From: Vicinamibacterales bacterium | GTDB taxonomy: Bacteria > Acidobacteriota > Vicinamibacteria > Vicinamibacterales > UBA2999 | Direction: 5' to 3' | Length of the DNA: 64,000 bases | Assembly (NCBI GenBank): GCA_035647075.1 | Contig: DASROF010000017.1 | Coordinates: 10,718-74,717 of the forward strand | In this document: positions 10,511 through 18,697 of the stretch, piece by piece | Numbering within the stretch: position 1 is the first letter of the stretch | Layout: every line of letters starts with the position of its first letter | The notes under the pieces: model-generated | What the model saw: the letters and a program-made list of their open reading frames with translations, nothing else | The model's database searches: none | What the model was told of the DNA's origin: nothing | Made by a program: the position numbers and the translations under genes

Positions 10511-12973
10511 GTGCTTCATCGTCGTTTCCTCTGGGCGTGCAGTTGTGCGGTCGCGCTTCTCTTTGCGGCATCGATCCACGTCGTGGCGGATCGGGAACCG
10601 GCCCAGTCCAGTTCCGCTGCCACCGCTCCCCGAGCCCAATCTCCGGCACCTGCGACGACGGCCGCTGCGCCTGCACTCCCTGATCAGGCGCTCATCCAGA
10701 AGTACTGCTCCAGTTGTCATAACGATCGCGCAAAGACAGGCGGTATCTCCTTCGACGGCGTGAAGGTGGCCGAGGCCGGGCAGCACTCAGAGATCTTCGA
10801 AAAGGCACTGGTCAAGCTGCGCGGCGGCATGATGCCTCCGCAAGGCATGCCGCGACCCGACGAAGCCACGCTCAACACGTTCATCGTCGCGCTCGAGAAC
10901 ACGCTGGACGCTCAGGCGCGCCAGAACCCCGACCCGGGCTTCAAGCCGGTTCACCGTCTGAACCGGACGGAGTACGGCAACGCCGTCCGCGACCTGCTCG
11001 ATCTCGATATCGATGTCACCGACCTGTTGCCTGCCGACGATGAGAGCTACGGCTTCGACAATATCGCCGGCGTGCTGCGCGTTTCGCCGTCGCTCCTCGA
11101 GCAGTACCTCGCCGCGGCGCACAAGATCAGCAGCCTGGCGATCGGGACCGACACCGACCTGATTCGCGCCGCCTATCGCATCCCGCCAGACGATTCACAG
11201 GAAGATCACGTCGAAGGACTTCCGCTCGGCACGCGTGGCGGCCTGCTGTTCAAGCATCAGTTCCCGCAGGACGCCGAGTACGAGTTCGCCGTGTTCCTGC
11301 TTCGCAACATCGTCGGCTACCTGACCGGCCTCGAGTTCCCGCACCAGCTCGAGATTTCCATCGATGGCGAGCGTGTGTTCCTCGCGAAAGTGGGTGGCGA
11401 GGACGACAACCTGGCATCCGACAAGAACATGTCGGACACCGCGAACAAGATCGACCAGCGGCTCAAGACGAAGGTCAAGGTCAGCGCCGGACCCCACATG
11501 GTGGGCGTCACCTTCGTACGCCGCGACGCCGCCGAGTCGGACGAGCCACTGCAGCCGCACGAGCGCAATCACGACCTGCAGGACATGAACGGGCTGCCGC
11601 TGATCGATCACGTCAACGTGACCGGTCCGTACGCCCCGACGGGGCCGGGCGACACGCCGAGCCGTCGCCGGGTGTTCTCGTGCAAGCCCGCGAACGCCGC
11701 TCAGGAGCCGGGTTGCGCGCGGACGATCCTCTCGACGATCGCCCGCCGCGCGTACCGCCGTCCGGTCACCGAGGAGGACATGACGCCGATCATGGCGCTC
11801 TACACGGAGGGGCGGAAGAAGGGCAACTTCGACCACGGCATCGAACAGGGCCTGCGGCTCGTGCTGGCCAACCCGAAGTTCATCTTCCGGACGGAGACGG
11901 CGCCTGCATCGGGGACGACACGCGTCACTGACAGTGAGCTGGCGTCGCGACTCTCCTTCTTTCTGTGGAGCTCGATTCCGGACGATACGTTGCTGACGCT
12001 GGCGTCGCAGAATCGTCTCAGTCAGCCGGCGGTGCTCACGCAACAGGTCAGGCGGATGCTCGACGATCCGAAGGCGCACGCGCTGGTCGAGAACTGGGCG
12101 AGCCAGTGGCTGATGCTGCGGAACCTGAAGAGCCACATCCCGACGCCTGGCGATTTTCCAAACTTCGACAACGAGCTGCGGCAGTCGTTCCGGACCGAGA
12201 CCGAGATGTTCGTCGAGAGCATCATTCACGAAGACCGCAGCGTCCTTGACCTGCTGAACGCCGACTACACCTTTGTCAACGAACGTCTCGCGCGTCACTA
12301 TGGCATTCCGAACATCTACGGCAGCCATTTCCGGAGAGTGACATTGAAGGGTGAGGAGCGCCGCGGCCTGCTGGGCCAGGGCAGCATCCTGACGGTGACG
12401 TCGTATCCGAACCGCACGTCACCCGTCCTGCGCGGCAAGTACATCCTCGAGAACATTCTCGGCACGCCGCCGTCGCCGCCGCCGCCCAACGTGGACACCA
12501 CCCTCGAGAACAAGCAGGGTGAGGAGCCGAAGTCGGTTCGCGCGCTGATGGAGCAGCACCGCCGCAATCCGACGTGTGCAAGCTGCCACCGGATCATGGA
12601 CCCGCTCGGATTCGCGCTGGAGAACTTCGACGGTGTCGGTGAATGGCGCATCAAAGAAACGGGCGGCACGATCGACCCGGTGGGTCAGCTTGGCAACGGT
12701 ACGCCGGTTGACGGTCCCATCGGCTTGCGCAAGGCGATCCTGAAGCAGCCTGAGATGTTCGTGCGGACGCTCACGGACAAGCTGATGACGTACGGACTTG
12801 GCCGAGGCGTTGAACACAAGGACAAGCCGCTCGTGCGCGGAATCGCACGCGAGGCGGCCGCGCAGAACTACCGGTTCTCATCCATCGTGCTGGGCATTGT
12901 GAAGAGTGCGCCGTTCCAGATGAAGAAGGCGCAGAACGACGCCACGAACATCACCGCGCTGGCAGCGCATTAG
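10511..12973 (+). CDS. DUF1592/DUF1588/DUF1587/DUF1585/DUF1595-type protein with two CxxCH motifs
   Basis: CSSCHNDRAKTGG (planctomycete cytochrome-like) and CASCHRIMDPLGFALENFDGVGEWR (DUF1588-type) motifs. The length and block order are typical of this family. GTG start. Confidence 0.8.
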   Translation: MLHRRFLWACSCAVALLFAASIHVVADREPAQSSSAATAPRAQSPAPATTAAAPALPDQALIQKYCSSCHNDRAKTGGISFDGVKVAEAGQHSEIFEKALVKLRGGMMPPQGMPRPDEATLNTFIVALENTLDAQARQNPDPGFKPVHRLNRTEYGNAVRDLLDLDIDVTDLLPADDESYGFDNIAGVLRVSPSLLEQYLAAAHKISSLAIGTDTDLIRAAYRIPPDDSQEDHVEGLPLGTRGGLLFKHQFPQDAEYEFAVFLLRNIVGYLTGLEFPHQLEISIDGERVFLAKVGGEDDNLASDKNMSDTANKIDQRLKTKVKVSAGPHMVGVTFVRRDAAESDEPLQPHERNHDLQDMNGLPLIDHVNVTGPYAPTGPGDTPSRRRVFSCKPANAAQEPGCARTILSTIARRAYRRPVTEEDMTPIMALYTEGRKKGNFDHGIEQGLRLVLANPKFIFRTETAPASGTTRVTDSELASRLSFFLWSSIPDDTLLTLASQNRLSQPAVLTQQVRRMLDDPKAHALVENWASQWLMLRNLKSHIPTPGDFPNFDNELRQSFRTETEMFVESIIHEDRSVLDLLNADYTFVNERLARHYGIPNIYGSHFRRVTLKGEERRGLLGQGSILTVTSYPNRTSPVLRGKYILENILGTPPSPPPPNVDTTLENKQGEEPKSVRALMEQHRRNPTCASCHRIMDPLGFALENFDGVGEWRIKETGGTIDPVGQLGNGTPVDGPIGLRKAILKQPEMFVRTLTDKLMTYGLGRGVEHKDKPLVRGIAREAAAQNYRFSSIVLGIVKSAPFQMKKAQNDATNITALAAH

Positions 12974-13007
12974 ATCTCGTAGGGCGCCCCGTCAGGGGTG
13001 CCGAGGA

Positions 13008-14345
13008 ATGACTATGGTCATCGTGAAGAAGCACATCCCGCGGCGCACGTTCATTCGTGGGATGGGTGTGACCCTCGCCCTTCCACTGCTCGACGCGATG
13101 GTCCCCGTGCGCTCGCTGTTTGCGCAGAGTGCCGCGAAGGGAACGTCGCGCATCGGATTCGTCTACGTGCCGCACGGCGCGATCATGGACAAGTGGACGC
13201 CGGCCACCGAGGGCGCGGGCTTCGAGTTCACGCCGATCCTCAAGCCGCTCGAGCCGTTCCGGGATCGTCTGAACGTGGTCACCGGCCTCGGTCACAAGGC
13301 TGCGGATACCACGGCGGTCCATTCGCTGAGCCCGACGACCTGGCTGAGCGGTGTGCGGCCGAAGGCGACGCAGGGCGTTGATGCGTTTGCCGGCGTGACC
13401 GCCGACCAGATAGCCGCGCAGGCCATCGGTCAGGACACCATCCTGCCGTCGATGGAACTGGCCACCGAGGACCACTCCGGGCTGATCGGCTCGTGCGACC
13501 GTGATTACGGCTGCATCTACATGAACACGCTGTCGTGGCGCACGCCGACGACGCCGATGCCGATGGAGATCAATCCGCGAAAAGTGTTCGAGCGGATGTT
13601 CGGCCAGGGCGGCAGCGCCGCCGAGCGGCTGGCTCGCATCCAGGAGGATCGCTCCATCCTCGATGCGATCACGAAGGAGGCGTCGTCGCTGCAGTTGCGC
13701 CTCGGTCCATCCGACCGCCAGACGATGAACCAGTACCTGGAGAACGTCCGCGAGATCGAGCGTCGCATTCAGCGTGCCGAGAAGAGTCAGGGCGACGAAT
13801 CGCTGGTCCTGCCCTCGCGTCCGGCCGGCGTGCCGTTCGATTCCGAGGAGCACGTCCGCCTGATGTACGACCTGATGGCTGTCGCCTACCAGGCGAACAT
13901 CACACGCGTCATCACGTTCATGGTGTCGCGCGAGGTCAGCAACAGGACGTATCCACAGGTGAACGTGAACGACGGCCACCACGCCATCTCGCACCATCAG
14001 AACCGCGCGGACAAGATGGAAAAGAACGTCCGCATCCAGACCTTCAATGTCGGCATGTTCGCGGCGTTCGTGGAGAAGCTGAAGAACACGCCGGACGGCG
14101 ACGGCTCGCTGCTCGACCACATCGTGCTGCTCTACGGCAGCAACATGAGCAACAGCAACGCCCACGACCACTTCCCGCTGCCAAACCTGGTGCTCGGCGG
14201 CGCCGCGGGCCGCCTGGCGGGCGGACGCCACCTGCGCTATGCGGATCACACGCCGATGACGAACCTGCTCGTGACGGTGCTGGATAAGGCTGGAGTTCGC
14301 CAGGAGTCCCTCGGAGACAGCACGGGGACGCTCGCGAACATGTAG
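13008..14345 (+). CDS. DUF1552 domain-containing protein (Tat-type signal)
   Basis: The N-terminus KKHIPRRTFIRGMGVTLALPLLDAM is characteristic of the DUF1552 partner of DUF1592 proteins. The gene lies 34 bp downstream of the DUF1592 gene. Confidence 0.8.
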   Translation: MTMVIVKKHIPRRTFIRGMGVTLALPLLDAMVPVRSLFAQSAAKGTSRIGFVYVPHGAIMDKWTPATEGAGFEFTPILKPLEPFRDRLNVVTGLGHKAADTTAVHSLSPTTWLSGVRPKATQGVDAFAGVTADQIAAQAIGQDTILPSMELATEDHSGLIGSCDRDYGCIYMNTLSWRTPTTPMPMEINPRKVFERMFGQGGSAAERLARIQEDRSILDAITKEASSLQLRLGPSDRQTMNQYLENVREIERRIQRAEKSQGDESLVLPSRPAGVPFDSEEHVRLMYDLMAVAYQANITRVITFMVSREVSNRTYPQVNVNDGHHAISHHQNRADKMEKNVRIQTFNVGMFAAFVEKLKNTPDGDGSLLDHIVLLYGSNMSNSNAHDHFPLPNLVLGGAAGRLAGGRHLRYADHTPMTNLLVTVLDKAGVRQESLGDSTGTLANM

Positions 14346-14374
14346 CAGTTCACACTGCCGGGTTCACGCGTCCC

Positions 14375-14424
14375 GGTTCGTGTTCGGGTTCGGTTCTGAC
14401 TTCTGGGTTCTGACTTCTGAGTTC
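14375..14424. repeat. Period-7/14 tandem array (GGTTCTG ACTTCTG x2, AGTTCGT)
   Basis: GGTTCTGACTTCTG is repeated head to tail at 14392-14419, and related GGTTCGT/GTTCGGG words precede it. Confidence 0.8.
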
Positions 14425-14450
14425 GTAGTGTCCGGCTTCAGCCGGACCTC
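14425..14450. repeat. REP-like 26-nt palindromic element, copy A
   Basis: GTAGTGTCCGGCTTCAGCCGGACCTC is the exact reverse complement of 25532-25557. Stem GTCCGGC/GCCGGAC with a TTCA loop. Confidence 0.9.
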
Positions 14451-14460
14451 GGAGATCACG

Positions 14461-16026
14461 ATGCGAGTGACAGCGATTGCCATCGTCCTGACGTTGACGG
14501 CCACCGCGGCGCGCGCCGCTGGCCCTGCAGTTCCGCGCGACACGCGGCTCGTGGATGCGGCGAAGGCCGGCAACAGCGCCGCTGCCATCTCCCTTCTGCA
14601 GAAGAAGATCGACGTCAATGTGGCCGAGGCGGACGGCACCACAGCTCTGCACTGGGCCGTTCGCAACGACGACGCGAAGCTGGTCGATCAGCTGATTCGG
14701 GCCGGCGCAAACGCGAAGGCCGAGAACCGCTACGGCGTCACGCCGATCGCGCTGGCCTGCGAGAACGGCAGCGCACCGGTCGTCGAACGGCTGCTGAAGG
14801 CAGGCGTCAGCGCCAACACCACGGGACCGCTCGGTGAAACGGCGCTCCATCTCTGCGCGCGCACCGGCAAGCCCGACGCCGTTCGCGTGCTCCTTACCAA
14901 CGGCGCGCGGGTGGACACGATTGAAAACTGGCGCGGCCAGACGCCGCTGATGTGGGCCGCGGCGGAAGGCAACGTCGACGCGATGAAGATGCTGATCGAG
15001 GCGGGCGCCGACGTGAACGCGCGCTCGACGATCATTGCCTGGGACCGGCAGCGGACCGAGGAGCCTCGCGACAAGTGGCTGCCGCCGGGCGGGCTGACGC
15101 CGCTGCTCTTCGCCGCGCGCGACGGCAAGGTCGCCAGCGTGAAAGTGCTCCTCGACGCCGGTGCCGACATCAACATCGTCGATCCCGATCGGCATACCTC
15201 GCTGATCCTCGCCCTGACCAACGGCCAGCTCGACGTGGCCGCACTGCTGATCGAGCGGGGCGCAGACGTCAACATGGAAGACAAGGTCGGCCAGACGGCC
15301 CTCTACGCGGCGGTCGACGTGCACACCGTCCCCGCGTCCAACCGTCCCGCGCCGCGCGAGACCGACGACATCGTGTCCAGCCTCGACGTGATCAAGATGC
15401 TCCTGGCGAAGGGCGCGAAGGTCGATGCGCCGCTGCGCGCGCAGCTGCCCTACCGCACCAAGCTGGATCGCGGCGGCGACGGCGCACTCGGTGCCGGCAC
15501 GACTCCGCTGATCCGCGCCGGAAAGGCCGCGGACGTCGCGGTCATCAAGCTGCTGCTCGACAAGGGGGCAAATGCGAAAGCGGCGACACGCAACGGTGTC
15601 ACCGCGGTGATGATGGCCGCCAACGTCGCCGCCCGCGAAGAAGACATGACCGGGCGCAGCAAGACGCAGAAGGAGATCATCGACGCGATCAAGCTGTTGG
15701 TGGCCGCCGGTGCCGACGTCAAGGGATCCGACACGCAGGGCCGCAACGCGCTTCACGGCGCGGCGATGTGGGGGCTGACGGACGTCGTGAAGTTCATGCA
15801 GGAGAACGGCGGAGACATCAACGTGAAGGACAAGCGCGGGCTGACTCCCCTCAGCTACGCGCTCGGACAGGCTGGCGGTTTCGGCTTCGACGGCAAGTCC
15901 GGCGTCACGCGTGAGGAAACCGCCAAGGCGATCCGCGCGCTTGGCGGGATCGAGGGGAAGGCCACGGCCGCAGCGCCGGAGCGTCGTCCCAACGGCGCGC
16001 AGGATGATCCCGACCCGAACAACTAG
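14461..16026 (+). CDS. Secreted ankyrin-repeat protein
   Basis: Signal peptide MRVTAIAIVLTLTATAARAAG. At least 10 ankyrin units (G.T.LHWAV.N....V..LI.AGA.VNA). Confidence 0.85.
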   Translation: MRVTAIAIVLTLTATAARAAGPAVPRDTRLVDAAKAGNSAAAISLLQKKIDVNVAEADGTTALHWAVRNDDAKLVDQLIRAGANAKAENRYGVTPIALACENGSAPVVERLLKAGVSANTTGPLGETALHLCARTGKPDAVRVLLTNGARVDTIENWRGQTPLMWAAAEGNVDAMKMLIEAGADVNARSTIIAWDRQRTEEPRDKWLPPGGLTPLLFAARDGKVASVKVLLDAGADINIVDPDRHTSLILALTNGQLDVAALLIERGADVNMEDKVGQTALYAAVDVHTVPASNRPAPRETDDIVSSLDVIKMLLAKGAKVDAPLRAQLPYRTKLDRGGDGALGAGTTPLIRAGKAADVAVIKLLLDKGANAKAATRNGVTAVMMAANVAAREEDMTGRSKTQKEIIDAIKLLVAAGADVKGSDTQGRNALHGAAMWGLTDVVKFMQENGGDINVKDKRGLTPLSYALGQAGGFGFDGKSGVTREETAKAIRALGGIEGKATAAAPERRPNGAQDDPDPNN

Positions 16027-16085
16027 TTCGTAGTTCGTAGTTCGTAGTTCGTAGTTGGTAGTTGGTAGTGGGTAGTGGGTAGTTG
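16026..16085. repeat. Heptamer tandem array (GTTCGTA)4(GTTGGTA)2(GTGGGTA)2
   Basis: Eight consecutive 7-bp units plus a partial unit, running from the last base of the ankyrin stop codon into the next ORF's TTG. Confidence 0.95.
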
Positions 16086-16505
16086 CCGAAACCACCTCTC
16101 GACGAAACGTTCGTCCTCCTGCGCGAGATTCTCGCCGCGCATGCACACCGCCTGGTTGTCCTTGCGGACAAACCTGGAGACTACCAGGTGGGCTCGCCGA
16201 CGATGAAGGACCGTATTGGTCGTCCGCTGTATTTCGCGGGCGTCAAGACCGGCAAGAACTACGTCAGCTATCACGTGATGCCGCTCTACATGAAGCCCGA
16301 CCTCATGAAGGTCGTGCCGCCGGCGTTGAAGAAGCGGATGCAGGGCAAGGCGTGCTTCAACTTCACGGCGGTCGATGACGAACAACTGAAAGAGCTGGCG
16401 GCGGTGACGAAGGCCGGTATCGCGGTATTCCGAGACCTGAAACTCCCCTGGGCCCAGCCGACGACCCGCACGGCGAAGCGAACGTCACCGTCTGCGAGGC
16501 GGTAA
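16083..16505 (+). CDS. DUF1801 (YdhG-like) domain protein
   Basis: The core segment YFAGVKTGKNYVSYHVMPLY...ACFNF resembles the DUF1801 family. The TTG start is uncertain. Confidence 0.45.
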   Translation: MPKPPLDETFVLLREILAAHAHRLVVLADKPGDYQVGSPTMKDRIGRPLYFAGVKTGKNYVSYHVMPLYMKPDLMKVVPPALKKRMQGKACFNFTAVDDEQLKELAAVTKAGIAVFRDLKLPWAQPTTRTAKRTSPSARR

Positions 16506-16526
16506 GCCGCCCGCGTCCCGCCCCAC

Positions 16527-16550
16527 TTGCAATCTGACTATAGATATAGT
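16527..16550 (+). promoter_or_regulatory. Candidate promoter with BlaI-type operator upstream of blaI-like gene
   Basis: TTGCAA (16527-16532) is followed by the inverted repeat ACTATA-GA-TATAGT (16537-16550). This is the only AT-rich dyad in the 65-bp spacer. Confidence 0.4.
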
Positions 16551-16570
16551 TAGATCGGCCAGCCTGATAG

Positions 16571-16963
16571 TTGGCTATGGCTGGAACCACCTATACGAAG
16601 CCCGAACTGCAAATCCTGGAGGTGCTCTGGGACCGGGGCGCCTGCTCGATTCGCGAAGTCCACGAGGCCCTTCCATCAAAGGGACGGCCCGCTTTCACAA
16701 CCGTTCAGACGGTCGTGTACCGGCTCGAAAAGAAGGGCGCGCTCCGCTGCACGAAGCGGATCAGCAACGCCAACATCTTCGAAGCCGCGATTACCCGTGA
16801 CGAGGCGCACACGACGCTCCTCGATGAGCTGCTGGCGCTGTTCGGCGGGCGGCCGAAGCCGGTCATTGCCCGGCTCGTCGAGTCCGGCAAGCTGACGCTC
16901 GAGGATATCAGGGAAGCGGAAGAGGCGCTCAAGAAACACCTCAAGAAAGGCGGCGCGCGATGA
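16571..16963 (+). CDS. BlaI/MecI/CopY-family transcriptional repressor
   Basis: Winged-helix N-terminus (ELQILEVLWDRGACSIREVHEAL...FTTVQTVVYRLEKKG). The size is typical and the stop overlaps the BlaR1-like start. The start may be the ATG at 16577. Confidence 0.85.
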   Translation: MAMAGTTYTKPELQILEVLWDRGACSIREVHEALPSKGRPAFTTVQTVVYRLEKKGALRCTKRISNANIFEAAITRDEAHTTLLDELLALFGGRPKPVIARLVESGKLTLEDIREAEEALKKHLKKGGAR

Positions 16964-18696
16964 CCTCCTGGGTGCCGTTCGATCTCCTCGATCACCTCTG
17001 GCAATCAACGCTGTTCACGGTCGCGGTGTGGCTGGTTGCGCGGGCCGTTCGCACCAATGCCGCGCGCGTGCGCTACTGGCTGTGGTTCGCAGCGTCGTTG
17101 AAGCTCCTGATCCCGATCTCGATGCTGGTGACGATCGGCGAGCGATTCGCCTGGCGGACGACGCCGGCAGCCCCGCCGCCAGTCGTGTCGTTCGTGATCG
17201 AGCAGGTGCTGACGCCTGCGGCGGTAACCGCCGCGACGGTGCCCGCGGTGCCGGCCACATCGTTAACGCTGGCGTGGTCTCTGTTCATTGGCGCCTGGGC
17301 ATGCGGTGTCGCTCTGGTACTGGCGCAATGGTGGCGGCAGTGGCAGCCGATCAGGCGAGCGCTCCGCGACGCGCGGCCGATCGATATCGGTCAGCACTTG
17401 GGCCTCACGGTGCTCACATCGGCCTCGATGATTGAACCGGGGGTATTCGGGATCTGGCGCCCGGTGCTGCTGGTGCCGGACGGCATTCGCGATCGACTCA
17501 CGCCGGCCCAGTTGCGTGCGCTGATCGCGCATGAACAGTGTCATGTCAAGCATCACGACAACCTCACTGCCGCGCTGCACATGGCTATCGAGGCAGTGTT
17601 CTGGTTTCACCCGCTCGTGTGGTGGCTCGAGCGACGACTGATCGAGGAACGCGAACGCGCCTGCGATGAGTACGTGCTGCAGTCGGGCAGCACACCGCGC
17701 GACTATGCCGAAGGCATTCTCGAGGTCTGCCGGTTCGCCAAGGACCCTTCTCCCGTGTTCGTCGCAGGCATTACCGGCTCTGATCTCAGACATCGCATCG
17801 AGTCAATCCTGCGAAACCAGGCAGCTCCCCCGCTCGGCCGTGAGCGGATCGTCGCGCTGCTCGTCTGCGCCGCGGCCGCCGTTGTCGGACCCGTGACTGC
17901 CGGAGCCGTGCAGTCTACGAAACCTGCTCAGGCGGCGGCTGACAGTCGCCCGCGCTTCGAAGTCGCGTCGATCAAGCGCACGCCGGAAGTGACCGGGCCT
18001 GGAGCCGATTTCTCGGCGATGCCAGGGGGACACCTGCATGCGAGAAACAACGAGGTAGCGAATTTCATTGGCAATGCGTACGGCCGAGTCCCCCATTACC
18101 TGATCGCGAATATGCCGGACTGGGTGACAGCCGACCGCTACGACCTTGAAGCCAAAGCTGCAGATCCCACTGCGACCGCGCCGCAGATGATGTTGATGCT
18201 GCAGACGCTGCTCGAGGACCGGTTCAAGCTGCGTTGGCACCGCGAGACTCGCGAGGGACCGGTGTACGTGCTGAGCGTGGCCCGCGGTGGCCACAAGCTG
18301 CGCGCATCGAAAGATTGTGTTGTCGAGCGCGATCCGGCCAAACCGCTGCCGGCGCCGCCCCCAGGCCGGACGCAGCCACTGTGCGGCAACAACTGGTTGC
18401 ACGGGCAGGGACCGATTTCTGTGTGGTCCGCCTTCAGCATCGACATGGCCAAGGTGGCGGGCACGCTCGGGGTCTTCACAGGACGTCAGGTTGTGGACAA
18501 AACCGGCCTGACCGGGTTGTTCGATGTCGACCTAGAGCTCCCGCGGCTTCAGCCGGTGCCCGGCGCCGACCTTGCCCCCCCGGATGCTGACGCGTTCACG
18601 GTTGTGCGGGAGCAGCTCGGTCTGGTACTCGAACCGGGTAAAGGACCGCTCGAGTATTTCGTCATCGACTCGATCGCCAGACCGACGGAGAACTGA
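16960..18696 (+). CDS. BlaR1/MecR1-type M56 peptidase signal transducer fused to a C-terminal TIGR03435-family domain
   Basis: N-terminal TM helices, zinc motif HEQCHVKHHD and a second TM. The C-terminal domain begins RFEVASIKR and ends in the LEYFVIDSIARPTEN-type tail typical of TIGR03435 proteins. Confidence 0.8.
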   Translation: MTSWVPFDLLDHLWQSTLFTVAVWLVARAVRTNAARVRYWLWFAASLKLLIPISMLVTIGERFAWRTTPAAPPPVVSFVIEQVLTPAAVTAATVPAVPATSLTLAWSLFIGAWACGVALVLAQWWRQWQPIRRALRDARPIDIGQHLGLTVLTSASMIEPGVFGIWRPVLLVPDGIRDRLTPAQLRALIAHEQCHVKHHDNLTAALHMAIEAVFWFHPLVWWLERRLIEERERACDEYVLQSGSTPRDYAEGILEVCRFAKDPSPVFVAGITGSDLRHRIESILRNQAAPPLGRERIVALLVCAAAAVVGPVTAGAVQSTKPAQAAADSRPRFEVASIKRTPEVTGPGADFSAMPGGHLHARNNEVANFIGNAYGRVPHYLIANMPDWVTADRYDLEAKAADPTATAPQMMLMLQTLLEDRFKLRWHRETREGPVYVLSVARGGHKLRASKDCVVERDPAKPLPAPPPGRTQPLCGNNWLHGQGPISVWSAFSIDMAKVAGTLGVFTGRQVVDKTGLTGLFDVDLELPRLQPVPGADLAPPDADAFTVVREQLGLVLEPGKGPLEYFVIDSIARPTEN

Positions 18697-18697
18697 G

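Noticed and set aside
16026-16085. Whether the short tandem arrays could be CRISPR arrays.
   Set aside because: The units are 7 to 9 bp and contiguous with no unique spacers. No cas genes or leader are present. They are simple-sequence repeats, not CRISPR.
14350-16146. 598-aa minus-strand ORF antisense to the ankyrin gene. Similar long antisense ORFs are at 12951-14249, 11195-12328, 27209-28996, 30595-32469, 38956-40062, 44388-45440, 45573-46529, 49083-50075, 53585-55363 and 59221-60162.
   Set aside because: They are typical stop-poor shadow frames of GC-rich DNA. The translations are Arg/Ala/Gly/Pro-rich low complexity with no motifs, whereas the opposite strand carries clearly recognisable proteins.
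16571-18696. Calling the BlaI/BlaR1 pair a beta-lactam resistance regulon.
   Set aside because: No beta-lactamase or PBP2a gene is nearby, and the sensor domain is TIGR03435-like rather than a penicillin-binding transpeptidase fold.
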